This document shows, piece after piece, positions 51,904 through 62,699 of a DNA stretch of 64,000 nt. Below the pieces are notes generated by a model. It made no database searches and was not told the DNA's origin. It worked only from the letters and a program-made list of their open reading frames with translations. The position numbers were made by a program, and so were the translations under genes. Position 1 is the stretch's first letter; each line of letters begins with the position of its first letter. This DNA is from Thermodesulfobacteriota bacterium (GTDB taxonomy: Bacteria; Desulfobacterota; Desulfarculia; JACQYL01): the NCBI GenBank assembly GCA_963675595.2, contig CAXXLZ010000001.1, positions 352,001 through 416,000 of the forward strand, read 5' to 3'.

Positions 51904-54579
51904 TTGAGGGAGATCATGGAGCAGGAACGTCGTTTTAGATATAATCGCGAGGACTTCGGAGAGCTGCCCGTCAATCTGCGGCATTTGGATATTCATCTGA
52001 ATTTTTTTGGGGATAGCGTCGAGGTTTCCAACAGGCTGGAAATGATCGTCCTCCAAGACCTCGAGCAACTGACTCTGGACGCGGACGACTTGGAAATCCT
52101 TCGGATCTGCCTGCTTGAGGATTCCACGGACGACGCGGGCACGAACCTGAAGTATGAATACCACAGGCCCGAAAAACGGCTCGTGGTGACCTTTCCCCGC
52201 CTTTTTCGTTCGGGTGAGAATCTGCTCATCGCTACTTTGACTCGCTGCCGCCCTTCGGATTCCTTATTGGAGGGAATCTACAAGGATGTAACTCCGCCCG
52301 GCGCTCCTCAGCAATTCATCTCCCAGTGCCAGCAGTGGGGATTTCAAAGGATCATGCCCATCCTGGACGACTGCCGCGCCAAGTGCACCATGACCACCAC
52401 CATTGAGGCCGACGCGGCCTATACGCACTTGATCAGCAACGGCGATGTCGACCGGCGGCGGAATCCCGACGGCCGGCCCGTGCGCAAAGAGGACGACCCT
52501 CGGAGACAGATCGTTACCTACATCAACCGGGTTCCCATGGCGCCTTATCTGTTTCTGGTCGGAGTCGGCACCTGGGACGAGTTGGTGGACGAGGTCCAAT
52601 ATTCCAACGGAAAGAAGGTGCGTCTCGAATATCTTGTTCCCCCCGGCCGGACGGACGGCGCACGGGTTCCCATGGATATCCTCAAAGAAGCCGTGCTTTG
52701 GATCGGACGCACCCAAGAATATGTTTACCCTTTCGAGACATACCGCACCATTTGTATGAACCGATCCAACTTCGGAGGGATGGAAAACGTCGGGAATACC
52801 ACCATCGTGACGGACGCCGCACTGGTGGACGAGCACACTTTGGATGCCGGTCTTCTGTACGCACATTCCGTCGTCGTTCATGAGTTCGAGCACAATCAGT
52901 GCGGAAGTGAAACCACCATGGAGACTCCCTTTGACGTGTGGCTCAACGAGGCGTACACCGTGGACGTCGAGCGTCGGTTCACGGCCGACCTGTTCGATCC
53001 CACGTTCATCCGGCTCAGACAGGTGGACTCCATTCGTGATCCGCTCATGGGGCCTCTCGCCATTGAAGACGGAGGCCACGCCGGGAGGATCGTGCGGGAG
53101 GGATTTAATCATCCCGACGAGCTCATCGACGGAGTAACCTATGTTAAGGCCGCCGAGGTCGTACGCAGCCTCCGGCTCCTGTTGGGAGAGTCACGGTTTC
53201 TCGAAGGGAAGCGGCTCTATTTTTCCAGGTATCGAAACGGAAACGCGGATACGGACCAGTTCTTTCAATGTTTCGAAGAGGTATCCGGAGAAAGCCTGGA
53301 TGATTTCAAGAAACAGTGGCTCTACAGAATTGGTTATCCCCGGGTAACGGTGGAAACGATCTACTCTTCGGAAAGTGAAGAATATCGCATCAAGTTCCGC
53401 CAGGAAGAGACCGAAGAACGGCCCCCCTTTCATCTCCCCGTGTCGCTTGCCCTCGTCGGGAAAGCGGGAGGCGATCTCCCGGGATCCGCCATCGTGTATG
53501 CACTCAAGAAGGGGATAGGCGAGGTGGTGATTGAGGGAGTAAAGGAAGAGCCCGCTTTTGCATCGCTGAACCGGGACTATTCCTTTTATGGGACCCTCCT
53601 GCATGAGAATGCCTCGCGAGAGGAGCGAATTCTGCAGGCGAAGTCCGATCCCAACGGCTTCAACCGTGTGGAAGCAGTCAGGACTCTGACGGATGAACAA
53701 AGGGTGAGACTGCTGTTGAATCCCGAGGCCGATATTGATGAATGGTGGCTGGAACTCTATGGCGAGTTGTTGCGCCTTCCGGCTTCGGCCTCACTCAAAG
53801 CGTATTTGCTTCGTATAGACGAACAGCCCCTGGATCGGGCTTATGCCGTCTGGTATCCGGAACTTGCGGCCGCTCGAGACCGACTCGTGGCGTCGGTGAA
53901 TGAACGGTATCGAAGTGACCTGCTGGACGCTTTTGAAGGTTTGGATACGTATCGGTCTCTCAACTCTCCCAAAGACGGCATCGAAGATCGCCTGCTCAAG
54001 TCCGTGTTGCTGGAATTGGCTGTTTTTGATGATTCGTCGGACGGTCACCGGGTCATAAGGGATCACTTCCGCAGGGCGACCACGGCCAACGACCGCTTCT
54101 ACGCCCTCATGATGCTCAACAGGAGCTCGTCGCCGGATCGCTTGGCAATTTTGGAGGAAACCTACCACGCTTGGCATGACCATTTGAGCGGGTACGCCAA
54201 CTACCTGCGAGTGGTTGCTTCGGGAACTCGTGGAGACCTGTTTGAACAGATACAACGAGAGAAAGAAAGGTCGACTTTCGATATCAAACAGCCCACTTGG
54301 TGCCGGGCTCTGTTTCTGACCATGGCCGGCAACTCCCGCATGATCTGGACTGAAAAAGGGGTGACCAAACTCGCCGAAGGCATCATTGAGCTTGCCGGTA
54401 TCAACACCACCACCGCAGGTCGCATGCTTAACGGCTTTCAACACGTTAAGAGACTTAAGCCCGATCTTCGACAATGGGTGGTGCCGGCGCTGGAAGAAAT
54501 CATCCGGTCGGTTCCCGATACGGTCTCTCCGACCATTCACGGACAAGCGAAGTCCTATCTTGAAGGGGTTTCCGGGTAA
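51904..54579 (+). CDS. pepN: M1-family aminopeptidase N
   Basis: SQCQ..GF.RI, GGMEN, HEFEH...NEA, YVKAAEV motifs. Confidence 0.9.
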   Translation: MREIMEQERRFRYNREDFGELPVNLRHLDIHLNFFGDSVEVSNRLEMIVLQDLEQLTLDADDLEILRICLLEDSTDDAGTNLKYEYHRPEKRLVVTFPRLFRSGENLLIATLTRCRPSDSLLEGIYKDVTPPGAPQQFISQCQQWGFQRIMPILDDCRAKCTMTTTIEADAAYTHLISNGDVDRRRNPDGRPVRKEDDPRRQIVTYINRVPMAPYLFLVGVGTWDELVDEVQYSNGKKVRLEYLVPPGRTDGARVPMDILKEAVLWIGRTQEYVYPFETYRTICMNRSNFGGMENVGNTTIVTDAALVDEHTLDAGLLYAHSVVVHEFEHNQCGSETTMETPFDVWLNEAYTVDVERRFTADLFDPTFIRLRQVDSIRDPLMGPLAIEDGGHAGRIVREGFNHPDELIDGVTYVKAAEVVRSLRLLLGESRFLEGKRLYFSRYRNGNADTDQFFQCFEEVSGESLDDFKKQWLYRIGYPRVTVETIYSSESEEYRIKFRQEETEERPPFHLPVSLALVGKAGGDLPGSAIVYALKKGIGEVVIEGVKEEPAFASLNRDYSFYGTLLHENASREERILQAKSDPNGFNRVEAVRTLTDEQRVRLLLNPEADIDEWWLELYGELLRLPASASLKAYLLRIDEQPLDRAYAVWYPELAAARDRLVASVNERYRSDLLDAFEGLDTYRSLNSPKDGIEDRLLKSVLLELAVFDDSSDGHRVIRDHFRRATTANDRFYALMMLNRSSSPDRLAILEETYHAWHDHLSGYANYLRVVASGTRGDLFEQIQREKERSTFDIKQPTWCRALFLTMAGNSRMIWTEKGVTKLAEGIIELAGINTTTAGRMLNGFQHVKRLKPDLRQWVVPALEEIIRSVPDTVSPTIHGQAKSYLEGVSG

Positions 54580-54726
54580 CAGGACATACGGTTTACTTCA
54601 ACCGGTGCATTAAAGAGCGCTTGCCTGATTCGTTGAAGATAGGTTCCGGTGAACCTTCCTCACGAAAAGAGATTTCCGGAAACTGTTCGAATTGTCGTCG
54701 CCGGTCTGAGGCCGGAGGAGGAAGGT

Positions 54727-55752
54727 TTGTATATCAAAGGGAGGGTTACCCGCCGAGGAGTAGATTACAGTCTCAGGGAGTCCTATAGAGAAGAGAGTGC
54801 CTGGAAACATCGGGTGCTCGTTGAATTGGGGAACGACCCGAACCGTTATGTGGAGTACCCCGGCGGAAACGGGTTTTATATCAGTGAGGAAATCGAGGAA
54901 ATCCTCGACGCGAAAGCGGCGGCCTATTCCTACGACGAGCTCGAAGCGGTCTTTCTCCCCTTTGTGGATCCTCGTGTACGGCGGGTGGCCGAGCAGTTTC
55001 AACGCGAAGATCAAAGCGGAAAGAAGGCGTGGAGCCGCAGTCCGAAAGAAATGTGGGAAAGACAGAAGGGCCTGCCTTCCTTTGATAAACGAAGGCTTCA
55101 TTTCTTGCGTTGCGGAAGGGTGGATATCGGAAACCTTGATGCCCGGGGATGGAAGTTCCTGGACGTGCTTCTAGAGAAGAGCCGTGATGAGATCGAAAGC
55201 CTCTTCGACACCATGGAAAGAGACTTGAAGCCTCACGAAATCAGGTCTTATCTCTACACGGCACTGCACCTTCAGCGACGCTTCGCGGGGTATTACACGC
55301 GGAATCAGCCTTCGGTACTGGATCCGGAGAAGGTGGACGAGAGTTTTGTCGACGAATTGTGCCGTTTGAACCAAGACCGAGGTTTTTTCAGCGGTCTGGA
55401 AAGAAGCTCTTGGAACCTTCTGCATCCGTACCTTCGCAAGTATCTGATCCTCTACTTCGATAACGAGTTCGACCGGGGTGGGGCCTGGAGCGAGTATGTT
55501 CGGGACTTCCAGCGACGTCGTCAATTTTACCGGGGGCCCCGACTGCGAGTGGAACCATCGGTGTCCAAAACAGAGGCCCTGAAGTCTCTCGGCATAGGTG
55601 CCGCCGAATTCGAAGGCATGAGTCGGGCGGAACTGACCCGGTGCTACCGAAAACGCGCCATGGAGACTCATCCCGACCGCGGTGGGGACCAAAAGGAATT
55701 CGTGGGGATTCGCCGTGCGTTCGAGACTCTCCTGGCGGGCAAGTCTTCCTGA
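54727..55752 (+). CDS. Protein with C-terminal J-domain (DnaJ-like)
   Basis: YRKRAMETHPDRGG (HPD); probable TTG start after GGAGGAGG. Confidence 0.78.
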   Translation: MYIKGRVTRRGVDYSLRESYREESAWKHRVLVELGNDPNRYVEYPGGNGFYISEEIEEILDAKAAAYSYDELEAVFLPFVDPRVRRVAEQFQREDQSGKKAWSRSPKEMWERQKGLPSFDKRRLHFLRCGRVDIGNLDARGWKFLDVLLEKSRDEIESLFDTMERDLKPHEIRSYLYTALHLQRRFAGYYTRNQPSVLDPEKVDESFVDELCRLNQDRGFFSGLERSSWNLLHPYLRKYLILYFDNEFDRGGAWSEYVRDFQRRRQFYRGPRLRVEPSVSKTEALKSLGIGAAEFEGMSRAELTRCYRKRAMETHPDRGGDQKEFVGIRRAFETLLAGKSS

Positions 55753-55843
55753 AACCGACTCGGATGGTCGAAATTCGCCAAGGCACGGTTCGAATTCGGA
55801 ACCCCGCCCCTCACTTCATTTCAACGGAATCGCGGAAAACATC

Positions 55844-57706
55844 ATGTCCTCCAGATTGAATTGTGGTTTCGGGCGGGTTTTGTTGGTTTCCACCCCATGG
55901 TCCCTGTTCGGTAGGCCGTCGATTCAACTCGGCGTTCTCAAAGCCTGCCTTGCGGAATCCATTCCGGACGTTCCAGTGGAGACGCGACCTCTGTATTTGC
56001 GGGTGGCGCAAAGGGTGGGATATCCGATCTATCGTGCGATTTCCGGCAAAACCTGGTTGGCCGAGTCGGTCTACGCCGCTCTTCTCTATCCGGACCTAAA
56101 GGATCGTGCGGAGTCGCTGTTTCACAAGGAGAGCCGGGGAGAGAAATCGCTACGCGGTCTTCGTTTTCACGAGTTGTGCGGTGAGATCGAAGAAGTATCC
56201 GCCGAACTGATTCATTCCGAGGATTGGGGGGAGGTCGGTCTGGTGGGGTTTTCGGCCTGCCTGTGTCAGCTCACGTCTTCCCTCTATTTCATACGAAAGA
56301 TCAAGCGGGACGTCCCTCAACTCCCCGTGGTTCTCGGAGGTTCACTGCTTATTCCCAAATCGGTTGACGGCTTCTTTCGGTGTTTTCCCGAGGTGGATTA
56401 CGTAATTCACGGTGAAGGTGAGATTCCTTTGACCCAACTGGTGCGGGCTTTGAAAGCAGGCGCCGGTCGTTCGGAATCCCTGAACATTCCCGGTGTGGTT
56501 TGCGGATCCCGTCCCAATGCTCCGGATCTCGGAGAGTTCGTTCAGGCGGAGGGGCTGGATCAGTTTCCGGCCCCGGATTATGATGATTATTTTGCCGTGT
56601 TGCGTTCTTTCCCCGCGTCCGCACGGTTCTTCCCCACGCTACCCGTGGAAGGCTCCAGGGGATGCTGGTGGCGTCGGAAGAATCAGGCTTTGGGACAGGG
56701 GTGCGCCTTCTGCAACCTGAATCTTCAGTGGAACGGATACCGGTCCAAGGGCGTTCAACGGTTCGTTTCGGAGATCGACCGCTTGACGGACCGCCACCAA
56801 TTACTGTCGGTGTCCGTAGTGGACAATGTGCTTCCTGCGAAGCAGAGTCGTGAAATTTTCTCGTCCCTTTCGGATCTGGACAAGGATCTGGGTATCTTCT
56901 GTGAAACCCGGGCCAACACTCCGCAAGAGCTTTTCCGGAAGATGGCGGAGGCCGGAGTAAAGGAGGTCCAGATCGGCATCGAATCTTTGAGCTCGAGCCT
57001 GCTCGGCAAAATGAACAAAGGGACGACCGCCGTGCGTAACCTCGAAGCCATGAAGTGGTGCGAAGAGTACGGCATCGAAAACAATTCCAACCTCATGGTG
57101 CATTTCCCCGGCAGTGAGGTGGAGGATGTGGAGGACACTTTGCGGGCTCTGGATTTCGCCGTTCCCTTCAAGCCGCTGAGAATCGTTCAATTCACTTTGG
57201 GATTCGGGAGCGCCGTCTGGTGCGATCCCGAGCGATTCGGCATCCGATCCGTGGGCAATCATCCCAATTACCGATGGTTGTTTCCGAAAGAAGTCTTCCG
57301 GTCCGTATGCTTCATCACACAGGGCTACCGGGGAGACTTGGGCTTGCAGAAGCGGATCTGGCGACCCGTGAAGGAAAAAGTGGCGGCCTGGGGGAAAGAT
57401 TACGAAAGGGCGAGGCGGGAGAACGGCGGACGATCCTGTTTGAGCTACAGGGACGGCGGAACCTTTCTGATCATACGCCGGAAGCGCGCCGGTGAAGAAC
57501 CCGTACTTCACCGACTCACGGGAAAATCCAGAGAAGTGTACCTGCTTTGCCGGAACAGCCGTTCATTGAAGCGTATCCTAACGACGACATCCCTGGCGGA
57601 GGATCGATTGCTTCCTTTCCTTCGAATGATGGTGGACAAGCGATTGATGTTCGAGGAGGGCGGGAGATATCTGAGCCTGGCGGTGTCCGGCGGAGCGAAA
57701 CGGTAG
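55844..57706 (+). CDS. B12-binding radical SAM protein of the 'RiPP maturation C-methyltransferase' family
   Basis: PW...RPSIQLGVLKA, GEGE, PDYDDYF, EGSRGCWW-x-CAFCNLN, VDN, QIGIESLS..LL..MNKG. Confidence 0.85.
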   Translation: MSSRLNCGFGRVLLVSTPWSLFGRPSIQLGVLKACLAESIPDVPVETRPLYLRVAQRVGYPIYRAISGKTWLAESVYAALLYPDLKDRAESLFHKESRGEKSLRGLRFHELCGEIEEVSAELIHSEDWGEVGLVGFSACLCQLTSSLYFIRKIKRDVPQLPVVLGGSLLIPKSVDGFFRCFPEVDYVIHGEGEIPLTQLVRALKAGAGRSESLNIPGVVCGSRPNAPDLGEFVQAEGLDQFPAPDYDDYFAVLRSFPASARFFPTLPVEGSRGCWWRRKNQALGQGCAFCNLNLQWNGYRSKGVQRFVSEIDRLTDRHQLLSVSVVDNVLPAKQSREIFSSLSDLDKDLGIFCETRANTPQELFRKMAEAGVKEVQIGIESLSSSLLGKMNKGTTAVRNLEAMKWCEEYGIENNSNLMVHFPGSEVEDVEDTLRALDFAVPFKPLRIVQFTLGFGSAVWCDPERFGIRSVGNHPNYRWLFPKEVFRSVCFITQGYRGDLGLQKRIWRPVKEKVAAWGKDYERARRENGGRSCLSYRDGGTFLIIRRKRAGEEPVLHRLTGKSREVYLLCRNSRSLKRILTTTSLAEDRLLPFLRMMVDKRLMFEEGGRYLSLAVSGGAKR

Positions 57707-57786
57707 CCGGTGCTCCGAACGGAAAAGAAACAGGTTTTGGGATCGGTACGCTTAGAACAAAGCACTTCGAATCCGGATCGTCCCGG

Positions 57787-60528
57787 TCATTGCGATGGGC
57801 GCTTTCCGAATCCTCGCCGGAGGGTGCCGGCGCGAAACAGCGCCGGCAGGAAGAAGACGGCGGCCGCAAGGGTGCTGATGCTGCCGACTGTGGCCAGAAG
57901 CCCGAGACTGAAGATTCCGGAGTGATGGGAGATCATCAGGCTTCCGAAACCCACCGTAGTGGTGAGTCCCGCCAAAACGACGCCTTTCGCCGTGCTGAAA
58001 GGTACTGAGAATCTTTCGGTGTTTGTATCCTGAGCCCTGAGTCTCTGCACCATGATAATGCCGTATTCCACTCCGGCCCCAACGACCAACGGAAGAAATA
58101 TGGTGTTGGCCAGGTTGAGATGCACGTCGAAAACGGACATGAGGCCCAGAGTCCAGATCGTCCCCACGAGAAGAGGGCTGATGGCCAGCCCCACCATGTA
58201 GAGGTTCCTGAAGACCACAAGCAACAACAGGAAAATGAAGGCAACCGCGTATACGCCCCCGCGAATGCAGGCGTCACGAAATTTCCTTGTGAAGCTGTCC
58301 AGGATGATGGGGTCGCCCACCACGTCCGGATCCACTGTTTGGATCTCTTTGACGAACCGGCTCATGAAGTCCGGTTGCCAGATGTTTCCGTCCGGAAAGA
58401 TTCGTATCAGGTATAGGCCTTGGGGGTCTACGAAAGACTCTCTGAGAAAGACGGGGAGGTCCCGGGGCTGCATGGGGGGCGCTTGGACATTCTCGCGCAG
58501 TAGCTCGAACCGGTCTTTCATCTCGTTAACCAAGGCCGTTTGATAGCCGGTCAGAATCTTGATCGCCCGGGAGGGTTCCACATCCGAAAGTTGCTCTCGT
58601 AATCGATCCAGCAGGTCCCTTGCCTCTTCCATGCGACGTCGCAGGGAGTCCGAGACATCGTCAATATCCGTGTCCGCGAGCTTGAAGCGAATCTTGCTCA
58701 AGATCGATTCCAGTTCCGAGAGACGGAGTGGTTGTTCCGGCTCGGAGATTCGGCCCGGGCCGGGAAGGGCGGCCTTGAGTTTCGCCATCAAAGGCACCTT
58801 GGCTTCCCTGTCTTGAGGAAGAAACGTCTCAACGCTCTGGACCTCGGAAACGGTGGGTAGTGACTCGAATCGTCGGGTACGCTCCTTGATCTCTTTTTTT
58901 GAGTGAGCCAAAGAAGAGGCGTACATGGTGGCTCGATTGGAATCGTTCAGCAGGCGATTGGCCCAGACAACGGACTCCGCCTCCCTGGACTGGAGATTCA
59001 AGAGATTGAGATCAAAGGAGACCTTTCGTGCGCCGATTAGGGAGGCTACGACAAGCAGGCCTCCGACGGCCAGGAAGAGCCCGGTTCTTTTGGGCGTCAG
59101 GATGTAGAAAACGGTGCGGGTGCCGGCGGTGCTTTGGATCGACGTCCTGCGGGGTGAACGGTCGAACAGCAGGGTGAGGGTAGGCAATACGCACAGGGTG
59201 GTCATGGTGGTCATGACCATGCCCATCGCGGTGATCACGCCCAACTCGGCCAGTCCTTTGAAACCGGTGAACGCCAGCGGAAGGAAGGACAGCGCGGCGG
59301 TTACTCCGGCGATGAGGATCCCGGGGCCGAGTTGAAGCATGACGGCTTCAACGATCTCTTTGCGTGGTTGACCGGGATTGATTCTCTCTTCTTCCTGGTA
59401 TCTGGCAAACCAGTGTATTCCGTAGTCGATACCCAACCCGAGGAGCAAAGGAGCAAAGGTCACCGAAAGAATGTTCAGGTGTCCGATGAACAAGGTTGTC
59501 AGGCCGAATGTGTAGGAAAGGGCCAGGATCAGTTCCGTGAGCTCGAGCATGGGCCTCCGCACGGAACGCCAGAAGGCGATGAGGAGAATTCCCAAGCCCG
59601 CCAAAGAAACCAGGGTGGCCGTGGTCATATCGTTTACCGCCACGGACATTTCGTCCATGTTGAGGGCTTCCTGACCCGTGACTCCGGCCCGAATGTCCGG
59701 AAAATCCTTCCGGACGAGTCCGATGTCATCCCTCAGTGCGGTGAGTGCGTGCTGGGCCTTGGTGAAACCGGACACCAGGGTGGGCGTCACGAATACGAGG
59801 AAGTAATCCCCTCCCGGTGTTCGGAAGTATCCCTCTAGTCCATCCTCGTTGAGCTCCTCCACCTGGAAGAAAGCGTTCCACGGTCGGACCGGGACGTTTT
59901 CTCCTTCCAGGCGCCGACTCATCTCTCCGAACAGCTCTATGAGGAACGAGATGTCTTCGTCTCGACCGCGGTTTCCTTGATCTTTCTCGGTATCCTCGTC
60001 CAGGAAGCCCGTGAACAGCTCGCCCACCATACCGACGGTGATTTCGCGGTTTACTTCGCGGAGAAGGCCTGGGAGCGAGGGGGAGTCAATGAGCCGAGCC
60101 ATCATGTCGGCTCGTTCTTCGATGCTTTGCACCAGATTTCCGAGTTCCGGCGTTCCCAGGAACCAGAGAGCCCACGAACGAAAATCATCCGGGTCGATTC
60201 GATAATCCACTTGTGCGTAATTCCGCGTATCCGATTCAAGTCGCGATGCGAGGGCACGGATGAATTCAACGGCGCGGTCGGCGTCCCGATTTTCCACCGC
60301 CACCACGAAACTGTCCATATCGTGGAAACGACGAGCCTCTTCGCCCAGGCGGACTATGCGTTCATCCGAGGATACCAGGTCTTTCCTGCTGGTCTGGAAT
60401 TCAAGATGAAGAAAGGTGTATCCCACGCTAACCAGGGCCAGGATAAGGGCCAGGGCAAGAGTGACCAAGGGGTATGCGGTAGTGATTCGAACGGACCGCC
60501 CCAGTGCTCTCTGGATTCCGGTCACCAT
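57787..60528 (-). CDS. hpnN: MMPL/RND hopanoid-associated transporter (HpnN-like)
   Basis: GVTG..AL..DE, GHLNILSV.F..LLLGLGIDYGIH, GLAELG, NLAN..LPL.VG.GV, GFGSL motifs. Confidence 0.85.
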   Translation of the reverse strand: MVTGIQRALGRSVRITTAYPLVTLALALILALVSVGYTFLHLEFQTSRKDLVSSDERIVRLGEEARRFHDMDSFVVAVENRDADRAVEFIRALASRLESDTRNYAQVDYRIDPDDFRSWALWFLGTPELGNLVQSIEERADMMARLIDSPSLPGLLREVNREITVGMVGELFTGFLDEDTEKDQGNRGRDEDISFLIELFGEMSRRLEGENVPVRPWNAFFQVEELNEDGLEGYFRTPGGDYFLVFVTPTLVSGFTKAQHALTALRDDIGLVRKDFPDIRAGVTGQEALNMDEMSVAVNDMTTATLVSLAGLGILLIAFWRSVRRPMLELTELILALSYTFGLTTLFIGHLNILSVTFAPLLLGLGIDYGIHWFARYQEEERINPGQPRKEIVEAVMLQLGPGILIAGVTAALSFLPLAFTGFKGLAELGVITAMGMVMTTMTTLCVLPTLTLLFDRSPRRTSIQSTAGTRTVFYILTPKRTGLFLAVGGLLVVASLIGARKVSFDLNLLNLQSREAESVVWANRLLNDSNRATMYASSLAHSKKEIKERTRRFESLPTVSEVQSVETFLPQDREAKVPLMAKLKAALPGPGRISEPEQPLRLSELESILSKIRFKLADTDIDDVSDSLRRRMEEARDLLDRLREQLSDVEPSRAIKILTGYQTALVNEMKDRFELLRENVQAPPMQPRDLPVFLRESFVDPQGLYLIRIFPDGNIWQPDFMSRFVKEIQTVDPDVVGDPIILDSFTRKFRDACIRGGVYAVAFIFLLLLVVFRNLYMVGLAISPLLVGTIWTLGLMSVFDVHLNLANTIFLPLVVGAGVEYGIIMVQRLRAQDTNTERFSVPFSTAKGVVLAGLTTTVGFGSLMISHHSGIFSLGLLATVGSISTLAAAVFFLPALFRAGTLRRGFGKRPSQ

Positions 60529-60570
60529 CCGGGTCTCCGTATACGATGAATCAATGAGGATTGTTCAAGA

Positions 60571-61596
60571 TCAGGAGGGGTCACCGGCCGTGCCACCTTC
60601 CTTATCGACGGCGACCGTCGGTTTCGTGCGCTGCAACGAAAGGCTACCGACCGCGTAAAAGGCGAGCCCCATGAAGGCCCGAGCCAGTTGCTCCATCCTC
60701 AGGGCCACTCCGTAGGTGAGCCCGAGGGAATGGGGGAGGCCGAGGAGTCTGAACGACAACATCCGGGCGCCCTCCAATACCCCGATGTTCATGGGGATGG
60801 CGAAAGCCAGCAGATCGAACCAACTGCCCAGGAACCAGACCCAGGCCGCTAAGGCGATCGAGGATTCCCGCATCATGACGAGGAGAAATATCCAGCTCTG
60901 GACAATTCCACAGGCGAAACCCACGACGTGCCAGCCGAGAGACCGGAAGAAATCACCGCTGCGATGCCGGTAAAAGGATGCGAGTTCCTCGTCGACGGCG
61001 GTCAGGTGTCGAGCCAGCGTTTCCATGCGACGTCCGCCTAAACGGAGGACAAGCGGTCTTCGGAATACGGCGCCGAGTTTGCCCTTCTTCTGGAGATACA
61101 GAAAACCGAAGATTCCGCAGACCAATAGAAGGCTACCCGCAATCAGGGCGGGGCCCAACCCGGAGGGAAGGTCCACAAATCCGAGAAGGGTTAGGGACCC
61201 CGCCACCACGAACAATACCTGTGAAAGGGAATAGGTCAGCTTGTCGATAAGTACCGCGCCGGCCGCATGGGCGCCCGATTCATTCACGGACAAGAGACTT
61301 CCCCTGATTACCTCGCCCCCCAAGGAAGCGGTGGGCGTGAGATATCCGATGGCGTATCCGGACATGCGTATGCGAAACAAGGCGGTGAAAGGCAAGCGCC
61401 GGTGGCTTCCGGAAAGGCAGTAACGCCATGCCAAAGTGTGGAACCCGTCCGCGACGACCTCCACGGCGATGAACGGCAGCAGCGTCCATCCAAGGAGAGT
61501 GAAGTCGCCCAGGAGCTTTCCGGGGCCCACGTCCAGAATCAAAACGATCAGCAATGCGATGCCGAGGATCGCACTCCAGAGGTGGAATTGCTTCAT
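60571..61596 (-). CDS. Lysylphosphatidylglycerol-synthase TM/flippase-like membrane protein (HpnL-like)
   Basis: TPTASLGGEVIR, IPMNIGVLEG; multiple TM helices; adjacent to hpnN. Confidence 0.78.
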   Translation of the reverse strand: MKQFHLWSAILGIALLIVLILDVGPGKLLGDFTLLGWTLLPFIAVEVVADGFHTLAWRYCLSGSHRRLPFTALFRIRMSGYAIGYLTPTASLGGEVIRGSLLSVNESGAHAAGAVLIDKLTYSLSQVLFVVAGSLTLLGFVDLPSGLGPALIAGSLLLVCGIFGFLYLQKKGKLGAVFRRPLVLRLGGRRMETLARHLTAVDEELASFYRHRSGDFFRSLGWHVVGFACGIVQSWIFLLVMMRESSIALAAWVWFLGSWFDLLAFAIPMNIGVLEGARMLSFRLLGLPHSLGLTYGVALRMEQLARAFMGLAFYAVGSLSLQRTKPTVAVDKEGGTAGDPS

Positions 61597-61618
61597 GGGC
61601 GGCTCGAAAAGAAGGTTG

Positions 61619-62686
61619 TCAGGGCGCGGCCGTCTTGACGGAGGCGGGTTGGTCTAAAGGCAGCGTTCGAGATCCTTCCTGATGAGATTGGTACGCGAGC
61701 TGCGTGATGCGTGCGCAAAGCAGGGCTTCCTGAAAATTTCCTCCGCGCGCCTCGGGATCCGTCAATTCTCGGTGAAAGGATTCGACGACGGCGTCCATCC
61801 ATTCAGGGTGATGGGAACTTCCGGATAAGGACTCGGAAAAACTCAAACGGCCGGGTGATGCGTCGGGGCACGAGAGGAGAATATGGTCGTCCAACATTTG
61901 GATCGATCCTTCGCTCCCCAGCACTTCTCCCAGGTTGCCTCTTGTTTCGGCGCGCCACGTCATGAAAATATGCGCTTGGGCCTTTTCAAACTCCAGGAAC
62001 AGGTTGACGGTTTCCTCCATTCTGGAACCGTCTTCCGGAAGGTGCTTCATGGAAGCCTGCACTCCCAAAGGCGCCTGGGACAGGAGGGCACAGGTCAGAT
62101 ACAGGTTGTGCCAACCGTGGTCCAGCAGGATGCCCCCCCCGGCGATGGTCGCCCGCCTTCGCCAATCCGTCGCGCCTCCGCCGGACGTGGGTGTACGCAA
62201 CACGTTGATTTTGACGGACTCCACGCGTCCGATCCGGCCCTCTGTAACGGCACGAATGGTTTCCTGCCATAGCGGCGCGTACTTCCAGTTGTTCACGGTG
62301 AAAACGATGGAGGGAGCGTCCACTAAAGCATGAACGACTCTTTCCATGTCCTCGATGGAGGTTACGAGGGGTTTTTCGCAGAAGACATGGCATCCCGCCT
62401 TGCATGCCTTCAGGATCAGCTCTCCGTGAAAACACGGCGGGGTGCAGATATCCACGAAATCTACGGTATCCCGGTCAAAGAGTTCTTCCGGAGACGAGAA
62501 TACCCGAACGTCCGGCAACAAATGCTTTGCGGCTCGGGCCCTTTCAGGGTCCGGCTCCACCACCGCCCGGATGCGGAATCTCGGGTCCTTTTGAAACGCA
62601 GGTACATGGGCGCGGGCCGCAACGTTTCCGAACCCGATGATCGCTCCGCTGAAAGGTCTCTCCTTTTCCGAGACGTTGGGCGACAC
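61619..62686 (-). CDS. Gfo/Idh/MocA-family NAD(P) oxidoreductase
   Basis: IIGFGNVA, CTPP, CEKP, GGGILLDHGWH; GTG start after AAGGAG. Confidence 0.9.
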   Translation of the reverse strand: MSPNVSEKERPFSGAIIGFGNVAARAHVPAFQKDPRFRIRAVVEPDPERARAAKHLLPDVRVFSSPEELFDRDTVDFVDICTPPCFHGELILKACKAGCHVFCEKPLVTSIEDMERVVHALVDAPSIVFTVNNWKYAPLWQETIRAVTEGRIGRVESVKINVLRTPTSGGGATDWRRRATIAGGGILLDHGWHNLYLTCALLSQAPLGVQASMKHLPEDGSRMEETVNLFLEFEKAQAHIFMTWRAETRGNLGEVLGSEGSIQMLDDHILLSCPDASPGRLSFSESLSGSSHHPEWMDAVVESFHRELTDPEARGGNFQEALLCARITQLAYQSHQEGSRTLPLDQPASVKTAAP

Positions 62687-62699
62687 GTCAGGCTCTCCT

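Noticed and set aside
51890-51905. GGGGTGAATCC resembling part of a c-di-AMP (ydaO) riboswitch
   Set aside because: The other conserved segments are not adjacent, and it coincides with the pepN start region
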